Shown: positions 1-14,004 of the stretch, one piece after another
Layout of the letters: the number at the start of each line of letters is the position of its first letter
Position numbering within the stretch: position 1 is the first letter of the stretch
DNA from: an uncultured delta proteobacterium
GTDB taxonomy: Bacteria; Desulfobacterota; Binatia; Bin18
Assembly: GCA_963733195.1 (NCBI GenBank)
Contig: CAVTCR010000073.1
Location: 1 to 64,000 of the forward strand
Length of the DNA: 64,000 nucleotides
Direction: 5' to 3'
Position numbers and translations under genes: made by a program
The notes under the pieces: model-generated
Database searches by the model: none
Told to the model about the DNA's origin: nothing
Seen by the model: the letters and a program-made list of their open reading frames with translations, nothing else

Positions 1-37
1 GTGCTGGCTTGAGCTCAGTTGCGTATTGCGAGCTCGA

Positions 38-900
38 ATGGTCGAACCTTGGACCCATCACGTACAATCAGTCAATGGCTTTCGGCATGCACTATGTCAC
101 TGCCGGTTCAGGTTATCCCTTGGTGTTTCTCCATGGCTGGCCGCAGACGTGGCACAGAGTGGCGGAAGGTTATTCCTACACTGGCTTGAACGCTTCACGA
201 TCATTGCGCCGGACCTGCGTGGACTCGGGGATAGTGAGAAACCGCTCATCAGGTTACGACAAACGCACGCTTGCTGATGATGTCTATCAACTTGTCCGCA
301 GCTTGGGGTTCGACAAAATCGGTCTGACTGGTCATGATTGGGGCGGAACAGTAGCGTATTATTTGGCGTATGATCATCCTGAGTTAGTCGAGCGACTGCT
401 GATTCTGGAATCAACGCCCGGACTTGCACGGGAAGGTGAGCAGATTCCGCTGAGTGGCATCCGTCGACTCTGGCACGTTTTCTTTCACGGCGGTCATCCT
501 GATCTTGCCGAACTGTTAGTGAAAGATCATGTCGAACTCTACCTCGATCGCATGTGTAATGTAGCCTGCTATACGCCAGGGTTTTTCAATCGAGAGGAAC
601 TGGCTGAATATGTGCGGAGCTATCTCGCAACCTGGCGCGTTGCGAGCAGAGATTCATTATTATCGCGCCGCATTAGAAGAAGATGTGGTGAACTTCACTG
701 GTTGTACCAAAAAGCTGACGATGCCTGTGCGTGCCTGGGGTGGCGGGCGGCTTCATGGGCAATCTTATACCGTTATGGAAGCAAGTTGCTAATGATGTGC
801 AAGGTGGAGTCGTCGAACGTTGCGGTCATTTAGTTCTAAAAACAAGCCTGACTTTGTGTTACAACAGGTGCAAGAGTTTTTTGGTTTGTTGGCTGGTTGA
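38..900 (+). CDS. Alpha/beta hydrolase (epoxide hydrolase-like), frameshifted
   Basis: Motifs HGWPQ, APDLRGLGDS, GHDWGG and ERCGH lie in three different frames. Confidence 0.8.
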
Positions 901-949
901 AGGGCGAACTTGGCCCGCCCTGCTAATGAGAACTGACAACTTATTATAA

Positions 950-1726
950 TCAAGCTTGAGCACTTCCACCCTCAATCCAAATCACTTGCCCGGTCACAAA
1001 GCTGGTTGTATCGGATGCAAGGTAGACAATCGCGTCGCTGATTTCGTCCGGTTGACCAAGCGTTTGTTGGGGATATAGCGTGCCAGTTGCTGTTTGATTT
1101 GTTCGTTGGCAATCATACCCATGCCCTCAGTCCAGCCCGCACCAATTGCATTGACGGTGATGCCATTACGTGCCCATTCGAGGGCAAGAGCACAGAGGGT
1201 GAGATTCAAAACTCCCGCCTGAGCAGCAGTTATGGGCAGTTCCGTTCGCCATACCGCGTTCTCCCAATACAGACACGATGTTGATAATCCGCCCATTTCC
1301 TTCGGGCTAGCATAGGAACGCTCGCCCGCACGACAGGTGAGATAGGTTCCTGTAGGTTGACTGCCAACACTCGCTGCCACTCAGCGAGTGATACCTCCAG
1401 TAAAGGTTTAGCAAAGGGAGAATGGAGGCGCATTGACGAGAATATCTAGTCGACCCAAATCGGTCACTGTTGTTCCGCCGGTGATGCAACATCTCATCGT
1501 TCGTTACATCGAGCTTGCGTGCGAAGCTCTTACAGTTGAGGGCTTGGATCGCCGTTGGCCAGTGCCATTAATACCCGCCTTCTTCCTGTGTGGTTGATAA
1601 AGCTGTCGCGACGGCGACATCGGCACTGGCTTCGGCCAACGCGAGAGCGGCAGCACGTCCGATCGATGTTTCTGCGCCAACCGCCAGCACCACTTCCCAT
1701 GAAGGGGGAATTTCTCCCAATCCCAT
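950..1726 (-). CDS. Short-chain dehydrogenase/reductase (SDR), frameshifted
   Basis: Fragments IGRAAALALAEA, GITVNAIGAG and FVTGQVIWIEGG read on the minus strand. Confidence 0.75.
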
Positions 1727-2550
1727 TATTTCGCTCCTTCTGGCAATGGAACAATCGGTGCAAAGCCCGTTGGCACTTCACCGCCAGCCAAGCCGCCACC
1801 TTCAAGCGCGATGAGTTCCCCCCATTCATATAGTTCGATAAGTCCGAGGCGAGAAATACACATGCCGGGCCGAGTTTTCGTTATCTTTACCAGGGCGACC
1901 GACAGGGATAAATTTCCCACCTTGCCAGAAAGCCAGGTCATTGGGGATCGTCATGAGGAAAAATGCCTGGGAGGATCAATGTTGCCTGGATGTTCTTGTC
2001 AGCGTAATTCATCGCCAAAGCACGAGTGAAGTTAATCATTCCAGCTTTCGCCGTAGAATACATAAAATTGTAGCGCGATGCTCGTACACCTAAGCCGGAA
2101 GTGACATTGATAATCTTCCCATTCCCTTGCGCAATCATGTGCGGAAGCACCGCCCGACAACAATAGAAAGTGCTAGTGATGTTGAGGCTGATACCAGCGT
2201 GCCATTGCTCGTCGGTAATGGTTTCGAGAGGTTTATTCCAGCCTCGCGTTGTTCCGCCAGCATTATTCACGAGAATGTCGATCCGACCAAGCTCAGTCAG
2301 TGTTGCTTCAACCATATGATTGACTGAACAGGAGTCACTGACATCAGTCTGGACCGTCAAACAACGACGACCCTTAGCACGCGCAGGGTATAGATTTCGT
2401 CAATTTGCGCCTGCGTCCGTGCGGCTGCGACGATATCAGCTCCAGCGTCCGCCAAGGCCAATGCCCATCTCTTCGCCCAGACACGAGCACTTGCGCCAGG
2501 TCAGACGATGGCAACTTTTCCGTCGAGGCGTAATCTGTCTAAGACCCCCA
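1726..2550 (-). CDS. SDR family oxidoreductase, frameshifted
   Basis: GRIDILVNNAG and catalytic YSTAK; its stop overlaps the start of the next SDR. Confidence 0.8.
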
Positions 2551-2779
2551 TAAATTTGCTCTCCATAGTTGTGTAGTTGCTGAGATCTCGTCCAGCCTAC
2601 TGTTCCGTCAAGAGTCAGAGTTTCTTAACTAACTCTCAATCGAAACACCTCACATTGGCACATTCGGGGTAGCGGGTGCTCCGCCTAAACTTCCGGCACG
2701 CCATGATTCTCGTGCGTATGGTACACGCTACGGACTCCCGGTTCACGAGTTGAAGTGTATCAATCTTCTGTCTTCTGTC

Positions 2780-3763
<984 letters not shown>

Positions 3764-5510
3764 TGTGCGTGTCGCACTTGCTGTGTTGGTGGGGAATACA
3801 AGGGGAAAGGAAACCATGTCTATGGCAAACACATTGCACCAAGCGACTGAGAGTTTGTTTGATTCTCCTCCGCCTGAATTCGCCCCGCGTCCAGTGTCGA
3901 CCGCTGCTCGGAAGAGCGTCGATGCAGTGGCAGAAGAAGTGGGTGGTGCGTATCACTCTTTGCCTGCCACTGAAGGAGCTGTGGCCTTCACGCATTTCGA
4001 CACGCCGGCGAGTGAAGATAACACAGTGACAATCTTGCTCACGAAAGAAAACATGGATCGACTGCCGTCGCAGACCTTGGTGCGGATCATCAGCTTGACA
4101 GACGACGGCGCAACGGACCGTGCGTACATTGGCGCGGTCGTCGCCGGGCCGTTCGCTGAGCCCGACGGTCTGCGGGCGGATTCACCGATTGTCGTGACCA
4201 CGACGGTGCAAGGACGCATCTTCTTGCCGCGCTATCATGGGCGTGCCTCACTGCAAATTCTGGGCGAAGAAACTGACTCGCAACTTATTCCGCCGCGCTA
4301 CCGCCCACGACCTAACAGCCCAGTCTTTCCTCTGTCCGCCGAGGAAACTGCGAGGATATTGAAGGTAGGTGGCAACGCGCGGTCTGGGCATCGTGGTGGG
4401 GCAGGAAGAGATCAGTGTGAGTATTCCTACTGATAAGAAGTCCGTCCTGCCTCGGCACTTAGGTATTCTCGGTACAACTGGTGGCGGCAAATCGACCACT
4501 GTGGCCACTCTCGTCCAATCAATTGCAACAAGCCGGAGTCGCCACCATTCTCATCGACATCGAAGGGGAATACACGGAGATGGACTTGCCTACCGATGAT
4601 CCGCCGATGCTCGCAGCGTTGCAGCGACGTGGACTTCACCCTGCTGGCACCAAGGGCTTGCGCGTTTTCCACCTTATTGGGCGGGAGACCAGCCGTGAAG
4701 CTGCCGGCGGCTTCGTCAAATCGTTCTGTTTGCGGTTCTCGGACCTGTCGCCTTACGCTGTAATGGAGATTCTTGATCTTCCGCCTGCACAGCAAGAGCG
4801 CTTCTTGAAAGCCTACGACACGCTGAAACTCGTCTTGAAGGACCTGAACATTTTTCCCCAGAGAGGGGAGGAACAGTTAGCGCTGGAGGTTGACGAACTG
4901 GAGACCGGCACTCCGCGCATGACGTTGCTGCAATTGATCGACGTGGCCGGAGTATTCGCCGAGATGGCTGCCAATACCAAAGAGGAAAGAGGAAAAACCA
5001 AAGGACACGAAGCCGATGAGTCCTTGCGGGCCTTTGCTCTGGTCTCGCCTGAGCTTCGCGGCAAGGAGCAGTACATTAAACAGCGGGCGGCGGCGACCCC
5101 AATGCTGGGGAACGCCATTAGTTGGCGCGGCCTGTTGGGCAAACTGTGGCGGGTGCAGCGGCTACAGGTATTCGATAATCCCAAAGCACCCAAACTCGAT
5201 CATGCCGAGTTTGCTGCAACCAGGGAGTGTCTCGGTGGTTGACCTTTCTGACACTGACTCACCACAAGTGAACAATCTGGTCATTGCTGATCTGCTGCGT
5301 GGGGTGCAAAAACAGCAAGAAGAACTTTGTCACAAAGCGGAAGCTGAACAGCGACGACCAACGCCGGTGGTCGTTATCATCGAGGAAGCGCACGAGTTTC
5401 TTTCCGCTCATCGTGTTCAGCAGATGCCGGTGCTGTTTCAGCAAGTGGCCAAAATTGCCAAACGTGGGCGGAAGCGCTGGCTAGTACCGTGTCTCATAAA
5501 TACGTTAGCA

Positions 5511-6980
5511 CACGACTTGGAAGGTTACGTGGCAATAGAGCGTGGAACGAGGTAAAGAGGGGCACATAGTAAGAGGAAGAGGATGAATGCGTCATGCTAC
5601 CAATGGTGGGAGTGCCAGAAGCGGTGCGAAAAGGACTGCGTCCGTACCGGGATTTATTTCGGCGGGCCGAAGGCTTTGAGTATGTGAGTCGGTATGTGAC
5701 GGGGTTGTTGGTCAATCCGAACAAGACCTTGCAAGGGATTTATGCGAATCAAGTGTGGCCCGAGCAGAAGCCAAGTCGGCGGGCGATGCACGAGGCGGTA
5801 TTTGAAGCGGAGTGGAAAGCGGACGAATTACTGCCCCGCCATCGGGCGCTGATTGCGCCGGAGCATCGGAATCGCGGGCGCGAAGTGATTTCGTTGGATT
5901 GGACGTTGGTCCATCATGAGCGCGGCCCCCAGATTTACGGGGTGACCAAGAGTGATGATTATGTGGAACGGCGGATGGCGCGATTTCAGACGACGGTCAC
6001 GGCAGTAATTGCGAATCGACAGCTGATTGATGGGATCGATGTGCAAATTCAGGAGCCCGGGGTCTGTAAGGAAGAGGAAACATATTTGAAAGCGACTGTA
6101 CAAGCGAGTTATGAACAGATGGAGCAGGCCCGGACCCGCATCTTGGAATTACTCCATCATCTGGAACATCGGCTCGCGTACAAGAAGCGCACAGAGATAG
6201 TAGTAGAGATGGTGGCGCAAGTAGAAGAGGAAGGAAAGTTTCCCCAAGCCGACTATGCCTTTGATAATGGGGTGCTCACGGTAGAGTTGACGCGGTTGAT
6301 TGAGAGCAAAGGCAAACATTGGGTGAGTGAGTTAGAAAGTTCGCGCCATATTCTCTGGCACGACCAGTGGCGACGGATAGAGGAGGTAGCGACGGAGTTA
6401 CGGCAGAAACATTCGGAGACTTTCCGCCCCGTGTCCGTGCGATGTCGGAATGGGGAGCGGAAAGAGTTTTGGGCGTTCACGAAGAGTGTCCGACTCAAAC
6501 GGTATGGGCGCAAACGGATCGCGATGGTCCATGAACGGGCCGAGCTGACAGACAAGCCCCGCTTTTTAGTGGCTGATGCCTTACATTGGGAGAGTGGGCG
6601 CATCATCGAGACGTGGAGTTTTCGCTGGGCAGCCGAAGTGTTTCACGAGTTCAGCAAACAAGGGACGGGCTTGGAAGCGGCTCAGGTGCGCAATGAGGAG
6701 GCGGTCAAACGCCACCTCCATTTAAGTTGCCTCGCGCAGTCGCTCCTGCAGCGTGCGCCTACGGTTGCGTCGACCTCGGAACAATTCGCGTTTGCCAAAG
6801 GGGAGAAAACCTTTGGGCAACGCTGCCGCACGATTACGCGGGAAGTGTTCCACTCTCTCTTAGCCTTCGCCCAACGGCTCTTTGCGGGCGGGTCCTCGTG
6901 TGCCCAAGTCCTGGAGGCCTTGATGCCAGCTTGATTCACTACAGTGCGACTTGGTTTCGCGTGAAACCTTCCAAGTCGTG
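5511..6980 (+). mobile_element. IS701/IS4-like insertion sequence nested inside the IS630 end
   Basis: Perfect TIR CACGACTTGGAAGGTT/AACCTTCCAAGTCGTG; direct repeat TTAGCA at 5505-5510 and 6981-6986. Confidence 0.92.
5594..6934 (+). CDS. DDE transposase, IS701/IS4 superfamily
   Basis: ISLDWT, AFDNGV and RWAAEVFHEFSKQGTGL motifs; intact 446-aa ORF between TIRs. Confidence 0.88.
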   Translation: MLPMVGVPEAVRKGLRPYRDLFRRAEGFEYVSRYVTGLLVNPNKTLQGIYANQVWPEQKPSRRAMHEAVFEAEWKADELLPRHRALIAPEHRNRGREVISLDWTLVHHERGPQIYGVTKSDDYVERRMARFQTTVTAVIANRQLIDGIDVQIQEPGVCKEEETYLKATVQASYEQMEQARTRILELLHHLEHRLAYKKRTEIVVEMVAQVEEEGKFPQADYAFDNGVLTVELTRLIESKGKHWVSELESSRHILWHDQWRRIEEVATELRQKHSETFRPVSVRCRNGERKEFWAFTKSVRLKRYGRKRIAMVHERAELTDKPRFLVADALHWESGRIIETWSFRWAAEVFHEFSKQGTGLEAAQVRNEEAVKRHLHLSCLAQSLLQRAPTVASTSEQFAFAKGEKTFGQRCRTITREVFHSLLAFAQRLFAGGSSCAQVLEALMPA

Positions 6981-6988
6981 TTAGCAGA

Positions 6989-8123
6989 TCATGCGGCGAG
7001 TAACTCGTAGTGCTGAGGAGCGACGGCGAGAGGTTTGCCGCTATATGTCCAATCAAAGGGATGAGCAAAGTGGGTGTTCCACGTCTTAATGAAGCGATGA
7101 ATGAGGGGCGAAGTCTTGGGTGGAGCGAACATGGCCCGGCGCAAGCACTTGCGGCTCAAGATCGAGAACCAGATCTCCACTTGGTTGAGCCACGAGCCAT
7201 GGGCGGGCAACCAGTGGAGAGTGACCTTGGGTCGTTGCGCCGCGCACCAGTCCAACACGGCTTGTTTCTTATGATAGCCTGCATTATCCACAATCAGGTG
7301 CCAGCGGCTCTCGGGGTCACGGGCGCGCAGCGCCCGCAAGAAGTGACGAAACTCCCGATTGGTATGGCGTTGATAGCACTGGGCGAAGACCTCCCCGGTG
7401 CCAACATCAAAGGCGGCAAAGAGATCGACGGTGCCATGGCGAACATACTCAAACTCTTGGCATTCGACCAAGCCCGGACGCAAGGGCAAAGTTGGATGCA
7501 AGCGTTCCAGGGCTTGGATGTGAGTCTTCTCATCGAGACAGAGAATCCGACAGCGGCGCGGGGGATGCAGATAGAGATCGAGAATCTCGGCCATCTTCTC
7601 CTCGAACAACGGGTCCGTGCGGGTCAAGAAGTAGCGCAGGCGATGGGGCTTGAGCACCAACGCTGCCAAAATCCGTTGGACCGTGGCAGGACTCATGGTC
7701 AGAATTTCTCCGCGTCCAGCGACCAGCCGCGCCAAGTCCCGGACGCTGTAGTGCGAAAAGCCCCCAAACTCGCGCTCCTCAACGCCTTGGCAGGCGACGG
7801 CGATGACCGTGCGCCGCGCCAGCGGGGGAAAAATCCGGCGGACGACCCGACCGGGGCAAATCCGCCAGCGCGCCCAAGCGCGCTACCGGATCGACTTTTT
7901 CCTCCACCATCAGCGGCGGCGGTTCATACCGGGCAAAGCGTTTGCGCCATTTCTGTACCAAATTGCGGGAGGTCCCGGTTTGGTCTGCAATCGCTTGATT
8001 GGAGAACCCCTCGTGCGCCAGCAGGAGAATGCTCACCCGCCGCACCGTCTGTTGCGGTGTTTTCCCCGCCCGCTGCAAGGCGGCCAACGCCTGCTGTTCG
8101 GCAGCACTTAGGTGAATCTCATA
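6989..8123 (-). CDS. IS630 transposase in two frames (HTH part plus DDE part)
   Basis: KWRKRF...DLPRSGRP HTH; DEKT, DNAGYH and WLNQVEIWF DDE motifs. The frame change falls at TTTTTCCCCC (7824-7833). Confidence 0.9.
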
Positions 8124-8469
8124 ATGGGGCAGAAGCATACGCACCTCGCCACGGGGAACGTTGCCTACAGTATACCGCTAATGAACTTGCGAGACACGGT
8201 ACTAGGGCTGGTCTTCGTCACGCAACTGCCCCAACACTTACCGGACGAAGTGCTCGGCCTCATCAACAATGTGGTGTTGCACAAAATTGCTGACAGCGCA
8301 GTGGTGGATCGTTTACGCAAATCCGTGAGTGGCATCGACAAGGGACAGTGGGGCATGATTCCGGGACTCGCGCCCGGTCAGGCGCTGGTTTCCCTGACCA
8401 GCCTGACGCGCCCATTGCTCGTGGCCATCGATCCTGCGCCCTGTAGGCTCAGGCTGACGGAATAATCCT

Positions 8470-10196
8470 ATGACTCCTGCCGCACTCCAGACTGACCTCA
8501 TCCCCGTCCGTGCCCTCAACCAGGTGTCGTACTGCCCCGCCTTTATTGGCTACAGTATGTCGAAGGGTTGATGACCGTCAACGAATACGTTGAGGACGGC
8601 ACGGTCAAACACCGTCGTGTCAATGATCCGAAGACCGCTGGCCGACCGCGTACTGAGCGCGACGTGATTCACACCCGCAGTGTGTCCCTTGCCTCTGAAA
8701 GCCTGGGCCTAAGCGGTAAGCTCGATCTCGTCGAAGAAAAGGGCCAAGCCATGTACCCGGTCGAGTACAAACGCTCCGCCGCGCCGACTGACGAACGCGG
8801 TCAAGCGACCTACTGGGAGAACGATGCCCTGCAGCTCTGCGCCCAAGGGTTGCTCCTGGAAGAACATCTAGGACGGCCAGTGCCCTCTGCGGTGTTGTAC
8901 TACATTGGCTCAAAAGCCCGCGTCCGCGTGCCGCTCGATGCAGACCTCCGTCAGAAGACCCACGATGCTATTGCTCGCATCCGCGCCATTGCCGCCGCCG
9001 AACACGCACCGCCGCCATTCCCCCAGAGCTTGCCTATCGTTGCAATGGCTGTTCGCTCCTCACTATCTGTCAGCCTGAAGAGACGCGCTTTCTGCGAGCA
9101 GGTGGAGAAACTGTTACTCAGAAGCAGGGTCCACGACCATTTCGCGCGTCTTGCCGGAGTTGGATGATGGCGCTGTGCTCTATTTGCAAGAGCAGGGCGC
9201 GCGTATCGGCAAGCGCAGCGAGCACCTGATCGTGACCCTGGAAAGGAAAGAGATCAACCGCATACCATTGGCGGCGGTGCGGCAGGTGGTGCTCTTCGGC
9301 AATGTTCAAGTTTCAACGCAAGCATTGGAAACATTGCTCCAGCGGGAAATTCCACCGTGTTGCTGACCCGCTACGGGCGTTTTCTCGGAGCGGTGATGCC
9401 CGCGCCTTCCAAGAACATCATGCTGCGGGTCCAACAGTACCGCGCTTTTGCTGATCCGACCAAAGCGCTCGCCTTAGCCAAGGCGGCTGTCAAAGCTAAG
9501 ATCACCAACCAACGAGCGCTTCTCATGCGTTCCTTGCGGGCAAGAGCATTGGATGATGAGGAATCACTCCGTGGCAGTGATGACCCTGCCGCTGTCGAAA
9601 TGGTGCGCATGGTGGCTCGTCTTGATGACGCGCCGGATACGGACGTCCTGCTCGGATTGGAAGGACAGGCGGCCAGCGCCTATTTTGGCGCATTTGGTCG
9701 CATGCTGCACGCAACCGTACCGGGCAGCGGGTTCGACTTTCGCACTCGCAACCGCCGACCCCGCGCGATCCGGTGAACGCACTCTTGTCCTTCGGCTATG
9801 CGATGTTGGCCAAAGATGCCTTTTCAGCAGTACTCACGGTAGGATTCGATCCTTACCTCGGCTTCTATCACGGCGGCAAGCATGGTCGGCCTTCATTGGC
9901 GTTAGACTTGATGGAAGAGTTTCGCGCCGTCATTGCTGACTCGGTAGTGCTGACACTGGTCAATAACGGGATGCTCACCACTGCCGACTTTGTTGAGTGG
10001 GGCGGCGCGTGTCAACTGACGGATGCTGGCCGCCGCGTATTTTTGAAGTCTACGAGCGGCGTAAGGCAACCGTGGTAACTCATCCATTGTTTGGCTACAA
10101 AATGAGCTACGGTCGAATGCTGGAAGTGCAGGCACGTTTGTTGGCCGCTTACATTCGCGGCGACGTGCCTGCGTATCAAGGGTTCACGTGCGTTAG
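8470..10196 (+). CDS. cas1: Cas4-Cas1 fusion (type I-G), several frameshifts
   Basis: Cas4: YCPR, GKLDLVE, PVEYK, QLCAQ, CNGCS. Cas1: [38 protein letters not shown]. No intergenic gap is apparent between the two domains. Confidence 0.92.
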
Positions 10197-10306
10197 ACAA
10201 AGGGCTAGGGAAGCCGAACGGATTCTAGAGGAAGATAATTCGAGGCGTCATCCCTCGCGGAAGCAGGGATCCAGGGTGGAAAGGAGTATTTGCAAGAAAG
10301 AGAGGA

Positions 10307-10594
10307 ATGATGGAAACCCACATCGTCGCCTATGACATTCGCCATCCCAAGCGCCTACGGCGGGTCGCCAAGACCTGCCAGGATTTCGGTGGCCGCCGGC
10401 AACTGTCTATTTTCCTGTGCCGTATTTCTGCGTTGGATCTGGTGCGCTTAAAGGCACGACTGGAGGAGATCATTGACCCCATGCAAGATCAAGTGATCTT
10501 CATGCGACTGTGCGCCAACTGCGCGGTACAGATTGAAGCGCTGGGACTGCCGACCGCAGCCCATGACGCGCAGGATGTGGTGATTGTGAGTTGA
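10307..10594 (+). CDS. cas2: CRISPR-associated endonuclease Cas2
   Basis: IVAYDI..PKRLRRVAK..G.R.QLSIF motif in a 95-aa ORF following cas1. Confidence 0.95.
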   Translation: MMETHIVAYDIRHPKRLRRVAKTCQDFGGRRQLSIFLCRISALDLVRLKARLEEIIDPMQDQVIFMRLCANCAVQIEALGLPTAAHDAQDVVIVS

Positions 10595-10673
10595 CGTATT
10601 TTTTATCAAGCCTTCATTGCAAGGAATAATCGTGAAGAACTCTCGTTTAACAAACACAAACAGTTGGCTTCAC

Positions 10674-10934
10674 TCAAAGACGTCTATAAACCTCGCGTCG
10701 ATGAGCGACTCTATACACACGAACCAGTTGTGCTTTGTCATCTACGGTATAGAGGATGCGATAGTCACCCTTGCGGATGCGATAACCCTCCTGACCAACA
10801 AGGCGCTTTGCTCCGGGCGGGCGCGGGTTGGTTTGCAGATCATCAATGGCGTCCGAGATTCTTTCCTGTATGTCAGCCGGCAGTCTGAGGAACTCCCGTC
10901 TCGCTCGGGTTTCCAACTCGACCTTATAATTCAC
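10674..10934 (-). CDS. relE: RelE/ParE family toxin
   Basis: NPRPPGAKRL..YRIRKGDYRILYTVDD..VAHRREVYR. Confidence 0.93.
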   Translation of the reverse strand: MNYKVELETRARREFLRLPADIQERISDAIDDLQTNPRPPGAKRLVGQEGYRIRKGDYRILYTVDDKAQLVRVYRVAHRREVYRRL

Positions 10935-11161
10935 CGGCGTGTTCTCTTGCGTGCTGCAGCCTTGACCTCTCCCCAAGCATGGAACCCTGTTGCCTCTTGC
11001 ATTGCTTCACGAAGGTCTTCGGCATCAAGGAGATCTTCGATTTTCTCCCGGAGCGCTGTTTCAAGCACGAAACTCTTTCGGAGCCCCAGTCGTTTGCACA
11101 CTGCATCTAGTGTCTCAGTCAGGTCAACGGGAAGCTTCGCGGTAAGTGTGTGTGTCTTCAC
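10931..11161 (-). CDS. Cognate RHH-type antitoxin
   Basis: 76 aa with an RHH-like N-terminus and acidic C-terminus; overlaps the toxin start. Confidence 0.8.
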   Translation of the reverse strand: MKTHTLTAKLPVDLTETLDAVCKRLGLRKSFVLETALREKIEDLLDAEDLREAMQEATGFHAWGEVKAAARKRTRR

Positions 11162-11358
11162 AGAGCAGGTCCTTTCCCATGAAGTTATACCTTGTCGTAT
11201 TCCAGCTTGCAGCAGAGGATTCTACCATGCCTGAATTGGTTCTCCATGGTTATACATCCAGAATCTCTAAGGAACTTTACTATTGGCTGGGCCACAACGC
11301 AGCGTGTGACGTACAGGATGTAGTGACTGTAAGTTGACGTATTTTTTACCAAGCCTGA

Positions 11359-14000
<2,642 letters not shown>

Positions 14001-14004
<4 letters not shown>

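Larger units (their letters stand above)
5484..8202 (-). mobile_element. IS630-family insertion sequence (~1243 bp once the nested IS is removed)
   Basis: Terminal inverted repeats GTACCGTGTCTC/GAGACACGGTAC (imperfect to 26 bp), with TA duplicated at 5482-5483 and 8203-8204. Confidence 0.93.
3816..8465 (+). pseudogene. herA: HerA/FtsK-family ATPase (DUF87) interrupted by IS630 at 5484-8202
   Basis: HLGILGTTGGGKS (Walker A), IDIEGEY, IIEEAHEF (Walker B). KRGRKRWL on the left of the IS joins in frame to GLVFVTQLPQ on the right. Confidence 0.9.
10555..11356. repeat. 59-bp imperfect direct repeat (10555-10613 and 11298-11356) of the cas2 3' end, flanking a TA module
   Basis: 50/59 identity by manual alignment; both copies encode ..DxQDVVxVS*. 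Confidence 0.9.

Noticed and set aside
7010-8293. 427-aa ORF on the plus strand
   Set aside because: Antisense shadow of the IS630 transposase with no recognisable motifs.
10617-11234. 205-aa plus-strand ORF between cas2 and cas3 as a new cas gene
   Set aside because: Antisense to a well-supported RelE-antitoxin pair.
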